DNA from: Alphaproteobacteria bacterium
GTDB lineage: Bacteria > Pseudomonadota > Alphaproteobacteria > UBA2966
Reading direction: 5' to 3'
DNA length: 64,000 nucleotides
Assembly (NCBI GenBank): GCA_965242505.1
Contig: OZ251449.1
Location: 2,552,184 to 2,616,183 of the forward strand
The position numbers and the translations under genes are program-made. A model generated the notes under the pieces. The model saw only the letters and a list, made by a program, of their open reading frames with translations, was not told where the DNA came from and ran no database searches. Of the stretch, positions 1 through 8,275 are shown piece after piece. The first letter of the stretch is position 1; every line of letters begins with the position of its first letter.

Positions 1-24
1 GAACCCCTCCGCCCGGGCGACCGG

Positions 25-903
25 TTGCCGGACTCGGAGAGGCCCGGAGACGGCGCGCCGGTGCAGGTCGGCGCGCCGGTCGTGTCCTGGGTCGACCCGT
101 CGTGGAGACCGCCCCCGAACAGGGTCGCCGACGCCCTGGCGCGTCGGATGTCGCCGGCGGAAAGCCTTCCGAAGGCGCGGCGCGCGCTCGCCCGGGAGAT
201 CGAAGCGGTTCTGCTTCGGGTCCGGAACGAATATCCGGAGGCGGATGCGCGCGAGCTCCCGCCCATACTGGAAGGCGTCGTCCCGAACACGTTCGTCGTC
301 GTTCTGAGAGCGGATCTGTCCGCCACCGTCCGCCGCCGCCTTCTTCACGAATCGGATTGGCCGATGGCGCTGCGAACCGGGAACGCGGCGTTCGATTCCT
401 TCAATGAAAGGAACGGCCTTTCAAAGGCGTCCATACTTGAGCTCGAAGACGCGGCACTCGTACGTGAAGTACTCAAAGGCGCGAGATTCCTTTTCCATTT
501 CGAGCACCCCGTCGACCTCGATCCTCTCCCCACCGATTTCCCCATAATCAATGATCCAGTGATGAATTGGTTCAGCCTCCACCGCCATCCTTACGTCGAC
601 TGGGAGGGGCCGGGTTTCTACATGAAGGGGGTCAAGGACGTGGAGGCGGCCAGATACGATTGGGGGCACGCCGCCCATGAAGGCGTGGTCAAGCGCGAGG
701 ATACGCATGGAAGAAGCTATTTCGGCGACAGTTCCAACGTGACGCTGACGAGATCGAACGGGACGTGGTGTCTCGTGGTTCGGGAGTTTCTGGATTGGGG
801 CCTGTACTTGCATTACCGATTCATCGTCGAGGGAGACGAAGTGAAACGGATCGATCACGATCAGGACGCGGGCGAGTGCGCGGCCGCCTTCGGGTTCGGG
901 TAG
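25..903 (+). CDS. hypothetical protein; frame stays open to window start, so may be 5'-partial
   Basis: 292-aa ORF. Third-codon-position G/C is enriched in the + frame, which favours it over antisense ORF 421..1098. No motif recognised. Confidence 0.5.
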   Translation: MPDSERPGDGAPVQVGAPVVSWVDPSWRPPPNRVADALARRMSPAESLPKARRALAREIEAVLLRVRNEYPEADARELPPILEGVVPNTFVVVLRADLSATVRRRLLHESDWPMALRTGNAAFDSFNERNGLSKASILELEDAALVREVLKGARFLFHFEHPVDLDPLPTDFPIINDPVMNWFSLHRHPYVDWEGPGFYMKGVKDVEAARYDWGHAAHEGVVKREDTHGRSYFGDSSNVTLTRSNGTWCLVVREFLDWGLYLHYRFIVEGDEVKRIDHDQDAGECAAAFGFG

Positions 904-1174
904 GGAAACCAGGCGGCCGGCGCGGCGGGCCGTTTGCGCTTCTCCCCCGGCCGATTTTCGGTCGTGGCGCGGTTCGGTGAGCGTCGCGGAGGATGCGCCG
1001 CCCGCCCGCCACGCTCCTCGTTTCCGGCGGCGCGCGTTTGGCGCCGGGGGGTCATTGTATGGCGCAGGGGGTGAGTCCATCGCCGGGAGTGTCATCAACG
1101 CATTCGTAACGGCTCATTGACATACGGTGGGACCGCATTCTGATATGACCCTCCCACGAGCGAATACTACATTA

Positions 1175-2275
1175 TCAACACTGTATGGCTCCCCCTCCCC
1201 CCGACGACTGTATGGCTCCGCACCCATCACTGCCCCTCCCACGCCGTTCCTCACGTTCCCGGCGCTCCGCCGCGCGCCTTCGCGCCTCCGCCCGTTCCCA
1301 CCGCTTCGCCCGTTCCGCCTCTTCACGTTTCTGACGCTTCCAGTCCAGAAACGTCCGGGTGGCGCTTTCCAGCTGGCGAGCGCTCTCCCATAGCTGCCGC
1401 TGCGAGGCTTCGAGCTGGCGCTCCTGTTCCCGCCGGGCCCGTTCCTGTTCTCGCTGGGCCCGTTCCTGCTCCTGCCGGGCCGCCTCGCGCCGGTGTTGGG
1501 CGTCCAGTTCCAGCAACCTCTGCGCCTCCGCCCGCTCCGCCGCTTCCCGTTCGCGCTCGGCTTCCGCCCGCCGCCGCTCGGCCTCGGCCTCGGTTTCGAG
1601 GCGTTCCAGCGCCTCCTCGTAGCCGCCGCGTCCGCCGCGCGCGTAGCCGGGCCCGGATTCCCCGCCGTGGTCGGCCTCTCCGACATAGCGACGGAGGGCC
1701 GTTTCGTCCCGTCCCCACGGGTCGCGGGCGGGCGCGACGTCGTCCCATCCGCCCGGCGAAGCGGCGGTCCCGGCCGGCGGGGCGGACGCCTTCGCCTCGG
1801 GCAGCGGCCTGGTCCCGAGCACGCCGGCGTCCTCGTAGAAGCGCCGCTCTCCGGCGCCGACCGAGAGCGCCCGGCGGCGGTCGCCCGGGGCGGCGCCTTT
1901 CCCGAACCAGCCCGCGACCCGGTCCGCGGCGTCCTTCGCCGACGCGGCGAGGCCGCGCGCCTTGCCGGCGAACTTCTCGACCCCGAGCCCGCGCGAGACG
2001 ATGCTCTCCGCCGCGGCGCGACATTCGTCCAGCGCCTCCTTCACCGACCGGTTCGCCTTGCGGTCGAACTCTCTGGCGGTCATGCGCTCGAAATTGCGCA
2101 TCCCCGATTCGAAGACCCGCAGCGGGTTGAACGTCGCCTTGGCCGCGCAGCCCACGGCGTCGCGCGCGTTCTCGAACGAGTCGCGGAGACCGGCGTCCGC
2201 GGGCGACGCGGCCAGCGCGGCCGCGGCGGCGAGGGCGAAGGCCATGGCGCGGATGCGTTTCAGCGGCGGGGTCAT
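1175..2275 (-). CDS. secreted hypothetical protein with Glu/Arg-rich coiled-coil C-terminal half
   Basis: N-terminal signal-like AMAFALAAAAALAASPADA. C-terminal half has ERAQREQERARREQER-type repeats. Sits 10 nt downstream of 2285..3688. Confidence 0.55.
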   Translation of the reverse strand: MTPPLKRIRAMAFALAAAAALAASPADAGLRDSFENARDAVGCAAKATFNPLRVFESGMRNFERMTAREFDRKANRSVKEALDECRAAAESIVSRGLGVEKFAGKARGLAASAKDAADRVAGWFGKGAAPGDRRRALSVGAGERRFYEDAGVLGTRPLPEAKASAPPAGTAASPGGWDDVAPARDPWGRDETALRRYVGEADHGGESGPGYARGGRGGYEEALERLETEAEAERRRAEAEREREAAERAEAQRLLELDAQHRREAARQEQERAQREQERARREQERQLEASQRQLWESARQLESATRTFLDWKRQKREEAERAKRWERAEARRRAAERREREERRGRGSDGCGAIQSSGGGGAIQC

Positions 2276-2284
2276 CGCCGTATT

Positions 2285-3688
2285 CTATTCCGATTCTGCC
2301 AGCGCCGCCAGCGTCAGGCGGCGCAGCGCGCAGGCTTCGCCCTGGAGCCGGCAGAGCGCCAACAGATAGACCGCGCCGTCGTCGGGCGAAGAGGCGACCA
2401 GGAGTCTTCCTTCCGTCCCCGCCGGCATCGCCGCGTCGAGAGCGAGGCTCGCGGCGAAGGCCGGCGGCAACCGCGCCAGGGCCGCGGCCTGCGCCGGCCC
2501 GGTGTCGGGCGCCGCGGCCCGGACCGCGCCGGCGTCGCGGGCGGCGAGCGCCGCGTCGATGCGCCCCAGCAGCGGCGGGAGCCAGACCGACCCCTGGCCG
2601 GCCCACGACGCGCCCGCCGCGGCGCGCCAGACGAGGCGCGGCAGCCCCGCCCGCATGTCCGCGGCCGCGGCGGCGAAAGAGGCCGTATCGCGCGCCGGCC
2701 GGCGCGAGCCCGCCGGATGCGCGCGGCGGAAGGCGGCGAGCCGCGCGGCCGCGATGCGCCGGAGCGCCGCCGCCGGTCCGTCGGCCGCCGTCGTCCAGGC
2801 CGGGCGGAGCGGGGCCGCGGCCTTCCGGTCCGCCAGGCGCTCCCCCGGCAAGGCGCGGGCCGCGGCGACGCGCCAGCCGTCCCGGCTCCGCTCCCAGAAG
2901 GTGAGGATCGCCAGGTCGAGCAGCGGGTCGTAATAGAGGGCGGCGGGGGCGGGCGAGCGCAGCCGGCCGAGCTTGACGACCGCGTTGGCGAAGAACGGGC
3001 GCCACAGCGCGGGCAGCGCAGCGCCGGCCCCGACCAGCCCCGCCCCCGGCATCGCGGCGAGGACCGCCGCCGCCGGCGCGCTTCCCTCCACCCCGGCCGC
3101 GCGCAGCGCCAGCGCCTGGGCGGCGAACAGCCGGGCGCCGGTCTCCGCCTCGTCCGCGGTTTCGTCCACGTCGGGATCGGGCGCGAACGGCTCCCGCGCC
3201 GCGGCCTCCGCCCAAGGGTCCGGCCCGTCGTCCGCGGGCGCCGGCTCCCGCGCGCGCTCTCCGCCGTCGGCCTCCCGGCTCTCCGCGCCGGCCCGGGAGT
3301 CGGGGGTTTCCGCGCCCCCGGCGTCGCACTTGGCCCTCTCCTCGCGGAAGAACGTGGCGCACGCCTCCACCTGCCGCTCGAAGATCGACAGGCAACCGGC
3401 ATGGCGCCGATCCTCGGCGCCGCTCGCGAAGCCGATGTTGGTGGAGCAGGCGGAAATTCTGTCGTCGACGGACCGCCGGCACGCCTCCCGTTCGGCCGGC
3501 AGGTCCGTGAAGGTCACGCCGGGGACGTCCCCGGACTTCGGCTTCAGCACCGCGCCACCCAGCGTCTTGCAGACGAACGCGAAGCCGCCGATGCGCGCCT
3601 CGGCGGCGCGCGCGTGCGGGGCGTCCATCGCCGAATACGCGATCGCGGCCGCGACGAGAGCCGCCAGCGACGGCGTGAGCGATCTCAT
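2285..3688 (-). CDS. secreted hypothetical protein (signal peptide, Cys-rich N-domain, acidic linker, Ala-rich C-domain)
   Basis: 467-aa ORF starting MRSLTPSLAALVAAAIAYSAMDAPHARA. No family recognised. Confidence 0.55.
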   Translation of the reverse strand: MRSLTPSLAALVAAAIAYSAMDAPHARAAEARIGGFAFVCKTLGGAVLKPKSGDVPGVTFTDLPAEREACRRSVDDRISACSTNIGFASGAEDRRHAGCLSIFERQVEACATFFREERAKCDAGGAETPDSRAGAESREADGGERAREPAPADDGPDPWAEAAAREPFAPDPDVDETADEAETGARLFAAQALALRAAGVEGSAPAAAVLAAMPGAGLVGAGAALPALWRPFFANAVVKLGRLRSPAPAALYYDPLLDLAILTFWERSRDGWRVAAARALPGERLADRKAAAPLRPAWTTAADGPAAALRRIAAARLAAFRRAHPAGSRRPARDTASFAAAAADMRAGLPRLVWRAAAGASWAGQGSVWLPPLLGRIDAALAARDAGAVRAAAPDTGPAQAAALARLPPAFAASLALDAAMPAGTEGRLLVASSPDDGAVYLLALCRLQGEACALRRLTLAALAESE

Positions 3689-3827
3689 CCGTTCCTCTCC
3701 CCCGCGGGGCGAACCCGGCGCCTCCCGCCGCGGAAAGGCCGGGTTCCCCGCCCGCGGACAACGCCGGGAACCGTATGCTGTTCAATTCCTGACCGGCGAT
3801 CAAGCCCCTCCGGGGCGCGGCGGTCGC

Positions 3828-4057
3828 TTTCGGACGAGTGACGGGAGCGCCGCGGGGTCCGTTCGCGCTCCTCTCCCCTGGCGCGACCCCCACCCCGACC
3901 CTCCCCTTGACCATTGGCGCTCCTCCCCCCTGACAGGGGGGAGGCCGGGAGGGGGGCGGATCGGATACGGCTCGGCCGCCGCGACCCCCACCCCGACCCT
4001 CCCCCTGCAAGGGAGAGGGAGAAGAAGGGGGATGAGCAGGCGCCAGTATGAGAAATG
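3828..4057 (-). repeat. GC-rich mosaic intergenic element, copy R1 (rearranged: two B arms around one A hairpin; right end TATGAGAAATG)
   Basis: Contains GCGCGACCCCCACCCCGACCCTCCCC twice and CTCCTCCCCCCTGACAGGGGGGAGG once. Matches the other copies listed below. Confidence 0.75.
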
Positions 4058-4083
4058 TAGATCAGGGATAAACTGGTGGAGTC

Positions 4084-5301
4084 ATGCGCCATCTCAGCGG
4101 TCCGCCCCTGGTCGCCGCCATGTGCCTCGCCGAGATCGTCGGCATGGCGAGCTTCGCCGCGTTTCCCGCCCTGATGCCGGGTTTCATCGCGGAGTGGGAG
4201 CTCACCAACGCCGACGCCGGTTGGATCAACGGCATGTACTTCGCCGGATACATGGCGGCGGCGCCGATCCTCGTCGGCATGACCGACCGCGTGGACCCGC
4301 GCCGCATCTACCTCGCGTCGGCGGCGGTGACGGCCATGTCGGCGCTCGGCTTCGCCCTTCTGGCGGACGGGTTCTGGCCGGCCCTGATCCTGCGGACGCT
4401 GGCCGGCGCCGGGCTGGCCGGCGCCTACATGCCCGGACTCAAGGCGCTGAGCGACCGGCTCGAAGGGACCGCCCAGAGCCGCGCCGTCGCCGTCTACACG
4501 GCGAGCTTCGGCATCGGCGCCAGCGTCTCGTTCGCCGTTTCGGGAGAGCTCGCCCAGTGGCTCGGCTGGCGCGGCGTCTTCGCCGTCGGCGGGGGCGGCG
4601 CGGCCCTGGCGTTCGCCATCGTCGCCGCGGCGCTCGCCCCGGCGCCGGCGAGGCGGACGGAGCCCGAAAGCCTCCTGCCGGACTTTCGGCTCGCGCTCCG
4701 CAACCGGCCGGCGATGGGCTACGCGCTGGCGTACGCGGCCCACAACTGGGAGCTCTTCGGCCTGCGGTCGTGGATCGTCGCGTTCCTCGTCTACGCGCAA
4801 TCGCTCCAGGCGGACGGCGCGTCGTGGTGGAGCCCGCCCCTGATCGCCGCCGCCGTCAACCTCGTCGGCTGGCCCGCCAGCGTGTTGGGGAACGAACTCG
4901 CCGTCCGCTTCGGCCGCCGGCGCGTGGTGACCCTGGCCATGTCCGCATCGGCCGTCTGCTCCTGCGCGTTCGGGTTCACGGCCTCCCTGCCGTTCGTCGC
5001 GGTCGTCGCCCTCGCGCTCGTCTACGGCATGGCGGCCACCGGCGATTCCGCCTCGATCACCGCCGGCGTCGTCGCGGCCGCCCGTCCGGACCAGCGCGGC
5101 GCGACCATGGCCGCGCACACGTGCATCGGGTTCGCCGGGGCGAGCGCCGGCCCCATCGTGTTCGGGGTCGTCCTCGACGCGATGGGAGGCGCGTCGAGCA
5201 CCCTCGCCTGGGGGCTGGCGTTCGCGGCGATGGGCCTCGGCGCCGCGACGGGGCCGGCGGCCGTGGCGCTGCTCTCGCGCGAGAAGGGCCGGAGCGCGTA
5301 G
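4084..5301 (+). CDS. MFS transporter
   Basis: 405-aa polytopic hydrophobic ORF with a 12-TM-like layout. GGTGGAG lies upstream of the ATG. Confidence 0.75.
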   Translation: MRHLSGPPLVAAMCLAEIVGMASFAAFPALMPGFIAEWELTNADAGWINGMYFAGYMAAAPILVGMTDRVDPRRIYLASAAVTAMSALGFALLADGFWPALILRTLAGAGLAGAYMPGLKALSDRLEGTAQSRAVAVYTASFGIGASVSFAVSGELAQWLGWRGVFAVGGGGAALAFAIVAAALAPAPARRTEPESLLPDFRLALRNRPAMGYALAYAAHNWELFGLRSWIVAFLVYAQSLQADGASWWSPPLIAAAVNLVGWPASVLGNELAVRFGRRRVVTLAMSASAVCSCAFGFTASLPFVAVVALALVYGMAATGDSASITAGVVAAARPDQRGATMAAHTCIGFAGASAGPIVFGVVLDAMGGASSTLAWGLAFAAMGLGAATGPAAVALLSREKGRSA

Positions 5302-5396
5302 CCCGCATTTCTCGCGCCGACGGAGGATCGAGGAGCGCGCGGCGTTGCGGGAGCGCGGACCCCCCTCCCGACCTCCCCCCTGTCAGGGGGGAGGAG
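5302..5396 (+). repeat. mosaic element copy R2 (solo A module)
   Basis: CCCGCATTTCTCG...GATCGAGGAGCGCGCGGCGTTGCGGGAGCGCGGACCCCCCTCCCGACCTCCCCCCTGTCAGGGGGGAGG. Starts directly after the MFS TAG stop and overlaps the xerC 3' end. Confidence 0.8.
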
Positions 5397-6360
5397 AGCG
5401 CCCGGCGCGGCGCCGGGCGCTGGGGTGGGCCTGGTCGTAGACCTCCAGGAGGCGCCGCGCGTCGACCTCCGTGTAACGCTGCGTGGTGGAGAGGGAGGCG
5501 TGGCCGAGCAGTTCCTGGATCGTCCGCAGATCCCCGCCGCCGGACAGCAGATGGGTCGCGAAGCTGTGGCGCAACGCGTGCGGGGTGGCGGTCTCGGGCA
5601 GGCCCAGCAGACCGCGCAGGCGGCGGACCTGCCGCTGGACGACGCCGGGAGCGAGGCGGCGTCCGCGCTTGCCGACGAACAGGGGATCGCCGCCGCCCAG
5701 CTCGAACGGGCAGGCGTCGACGTAGTCGTCGACGGCGTCGCGCACGACCCGCAGCACGGGGACCACCCGTTCCTTGCCGCCCTTGCCGACGACGACGAGC
5801 GTGTCGCCGGTCGGCTTGTCGCGCCGGTCGAGGGACAGGGCCTCCGAGATGCGCAACCCGCAGCCGTACAACAGGGTCAGGACGGCGGCGTCCCGTTTCC
5901 CCAGCCAGGACTCCTCCTGCAACCGCGTCACGTCGCGCACGGACTCCCTCGCCTGCGCGACCGAGAGCGGCTTCGGGACGCCGTGAGGCCACTTCGGAGA
6001 GCGGATGGCGCCGACCGCCGGGTTGTGGACCCGGTCGGTGCGCTCGAGGAACCTGAAGAGGCTGCGGACGGCGGACATCGCGCGGGCGAGCGACGCGTTG
6101 GACAGACCCTCGCGCCGCCGCCGCGCCAGATAGCCGCGAAAGTCGGCCGGCGTCAGGCTCGCCAGATCGGCCAGCCCGGCCGGCCCGCCCAGGTGCTCCG
6201 CGAGGAAGCGGACGAACGCCCGGACGTCGCGGCCGTAGGACTCGGTCGTGTGATCCGCCGACCGGCGTTCCGACTCGAGCCACCGGCGCCAGTCCCGCAC
6301 GGCATCGCGGAGGTCGGCGGCGGCGGGCGCGTCGCTCAGGACGGCGGCAGGTCGAGCCAT
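5383..6360 (-). CDS. xerC: tyrosine recombinase XerC
   Basis: Phage-integrase fold motifs: ARLLYGCGLRISE-like GLRISEAL, HALRHSFATHLL and LLGHASLSTTQRYT. Follows a DUF484 gene, as is usual. Start chosen at MARPAAVL. Confidence 0.85.
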   Translation of the reverse strand: MARPAAVLSDAPAAADLRDAVRDWRRWLESERRSADHTTESYGRDVRAFVRFLAEHLGGPAGLADLASLTPADFRGYLARRRREGLSNASLARAMSAVRSLFRFLERTDRVHNPAVGAIRSPKWPHGVPKPLSVAQARESVRDVTRLQEESWLGKRDAAVLTLLYGCGLRISEALSLDRRDKPTGDTLVVVGKGGKERVVPVLRVVRDAVDDYVDACPFELGGGDPLFVGKRGRRLAPGVVQRQVRRLRGLLGLPETATPHALRHSFATHLLSGGGDLRTIQELLGHASLSTTQRYTEVDARRLLEVYDQAHPSARRRAGRSPPP

Positions 6361-7061
6361 TCCCTCAGACACCGCGCGACGACGCGGCCCAGGAAGCACA
6401 GGGGCTCCGTCCCCCGGCCCGGATGGAAGCGCCCGCGTTCGCGGGACCCCAGCGCGAGGACGGCCGGCGGGCTCGCGCCGTTGATCCGCAGGCGCGCCAG
6501 GGCCGACGACTTCACGAGCGGCGCGGCGGCGCCGAAAAGGCCGGGTTCCGCGTCTCCGTCCCCCCGGAAGGCGACGTCGCGGCCTTCGCCGAGGAGCTCG
6601 TCGACGCGCCCCGCGGGAATGGCGAACACCCCATCCGCGTCCGCGCCCCCGGCCGCGGTCGAGGCCGAGTCCGACTCCACGCAGAGCGTGACGACGTCGA
6701 CGTCGAGCAGGTTGGCGAGGTCCGTGGCGACGACCTCGATCAGATGCTCGAGGGTCCGGGCCTCCAGCAGCGCCAGCGCCGCGGAATGGACCCGCGCCTG
6801 ACCCGTCACGTTGCCGCGCGACGCGGCGATCAGCTCCCGTTGCTCCGACCGCAGCGCGGAGACCTGTTTCTGGAGCCGGTCGATCATGTAGCGCTGCATG
6901 TCGACCACGCCCTCGCCCCGGCGATGGATCGGGGGCGTCAACACGGTAAGCAGATCGGGATGCGCCGTCAGGAAGTCCGGGTTGTCCGACAGGTATCGCC
7001 GGACCTCGTCGGACCGCGGCGCGGAGTCGCGCGGGGCGGCCTTGCCGGGCCTGGGGCTCAT
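6336..7061 (-). CDS. DUF484 family protein
   Basis: Real part of the 555-aa ORF starts at MSPRPGK. Contains [18 protein letters not shown]. Its ATG overlaps the fsa stop (ATGA). Conserved partner upstream of xerC. Confidence 0.75.
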   Translation of the reverse strand: MSPRPGKAAPRDSAPRSDEVRRYLSDNPDFLTAHPDLLTVLTPPIHRRGEGVVDMQRYMIDRLQKQVSALRSEQRELIAASRGNVTGQARVHSAALALLEARTLEHLIEVVATDLANLLDVDVVTLCVESDSASTAAGGADADGVFAIPAGRVDELLGEGRDVAFRGDGDAEPGLFGAAAPLVKSSALARLRINGASPPAVLALGSRERGRFHPGRGTEPLCFLGRVVARCLREWLDLPPS

Positions 7062-7732
7062 GCAGTGGTCAACAGGCCGCGGACGTCCCGGCCGGTCTTC
7101 CGCCAGTCGTCCAGGAACGCCGCGAGGCCCTTGTCCGTAAGCGGGTGGTCGGCGAGCTTCCTGATGACGTCCGGCGGGCAGGTGCAGGCGTCGGCCCCGA
7201 TGCGCGCGGCCTCGGCCACGTGTCCGGGATGGCGGACGGAGGCGACCAGAATCTCGGTGGTGAACTTCGGATAATGGTCGTAGACGGTGCGGATGTCGTC
7301 GATCAAGCCCATGCCCTCGTGGCCGACGTCGTCGAGCCGGCCGACGAACGGCGAGACGAACGCGGCGCCCGCCTTGGCGGCCAGCAGGGCCTGAACCGGC
7401 GCGAAGCAGAGCGTCACGTTGACTTTGACGCTTTTGCTCGACAGCGCCTTGCAGGCCTTGAGGCCGTCCCACGTCAGCGGCACCTTGACCACGACGTTGC
7501 CGGCGATCCCGGCGAGCCTGCGTCCTTGGGCCACCATGCCCCCGGCGTCGGTCGCCGTCACCTCGGCGCTCACGGGCCCTTCCACGAGCGCGCAGATCGC
7601 CCCCAGCACGTCGAGGAAATCCTTTCCGGTCCGGGCGACGAGGGAAGGGTTGGTGGTCACGCCGTCCAGCAGCCCGGTCGCCGCGAGGTCGCGGATCTCG
7701 CCGACGTCCGCGGTGTCCGCGAAAAACTTCAT
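7058..7732 (-). CDS. fsa: fructose-6-phosphate aldolase / short-type transaldolase
   Basis: [47 protein letters not shown], typical of the TalC/Fsa family. 224 aa. Confidence 0.85.
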   Translation of the reverse strand: MKFFADTADVGEIRDLAATGLLDGVTTNPSLVARTGKDFLDVLGAICALVEGPVSAEVTATDAGGMVAQGRRLAGIAGNVVVKVPLTWDGLKACKALSSKSVKVNVTLCFAPVQALLAAKAGAAFVSPFVGRLDDVGHEGMGLIDDIRTVYDHYPKFTTEILVASVRHPGHVAEAARIGADACTCPPDVIRKLADHPLTDKGLAAFLDDWRKTGRDVRGLLTTA

Positions 7733-7890
7733 GCGCCTCGCTCCGTCGATGCCGCCGCCATGGGACCACGACCGGTCTGAAGAGGGCCGGGGCGGTTGAG
7801 AAGCCCCGAGCCGAGGGGCACAGTGTAGACCATGGAGGCGACCTGCGCCAGAAACCGTCCCCGTTCACTACATATGAGACGCCGTGTGGG

Positions 7891-8140
7891 CCGCGTTTCT
7901 CATACTGCTCGTCCGCAAGCTTCGTCCGGCGATGGGGGCGCCGCAGGGTCCGTTCGCGCTCCTCCCCCCTGGCGCGACCCCCACCCCGACCCTCCCCCTG
8001 CAAGGGAGAGGGAGAAGAAGGGAAACGGCGAGGCCATTCATACTCCTCCTCCCTGGACAGGGGGGAGGTCGGGAGGGGGGTGGACCGCGGTCCCGCAACG
8101 CCGCGCGCTCCTCGATCCCTGCCGGTACGAGAAATGCGGG
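7891..8140 (-). repeat. mosaic element copy R3 (full length B+A, 250 bp, inverted termini)
   Basis: Left end is CCGCGTTTCTCATAC. Right end is GTACGAGAAATGCGGG. Contains both the B and the A hairpins. Confidence 0.85.
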
Positions 8141-8275
8141 GCAGGCCGCCGGGAGCGGCGCGTCAAGCCGCTTTGCGGCTCCTCCGCTACGCTCCGGCCC
8201 TTCGGGTGACCCGCCGCTCTCAACGGTTCCGAGGACAACCATGACGGGACCGGATACCGACTGGCCCAATGGGCC

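Noticed and set aside
421-1098. Antisense ORF 421..1098, whose C-terminal 55 residues or so look protein-like (..IHHWIIDYGEIGGERIEVDGVLEMEKESRAFEYFTYECRVFELKYGRL).
   Set aside because: Third-position G/C bias over 25-420 and 600-900 supports the + strand ORF 25..903. The rest of the antisense ORF is Arg/Pro/Ala-rich. A small residual doubt remains for 421-590.
1323-4010. Very long ORFs in the track, for example 1323..4010, 1493..3841, 2973..6056, 7868..10657, 8269..10713, 41564..44008, 41706..43934, 45893..48079, 51695..55327 and 55942..58626.
   Set aside because: Their translations are dominated by Arg/Gly/Ala/Pro runs. They lie antisense or out of frame to genes with clear family motifs. 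They are the shadow ORFs expected in very high-GC DNA with few stop codons.
3828-8140. Possibility that the recurring GC-rich palindromes form a CRISPR array.
   Set aside because: Copies are kilobases apart, occur in both orientations, are of unequal length and are separated by housekeeping genes. There is no regular repeat-spacer periodicity and no cas genes.
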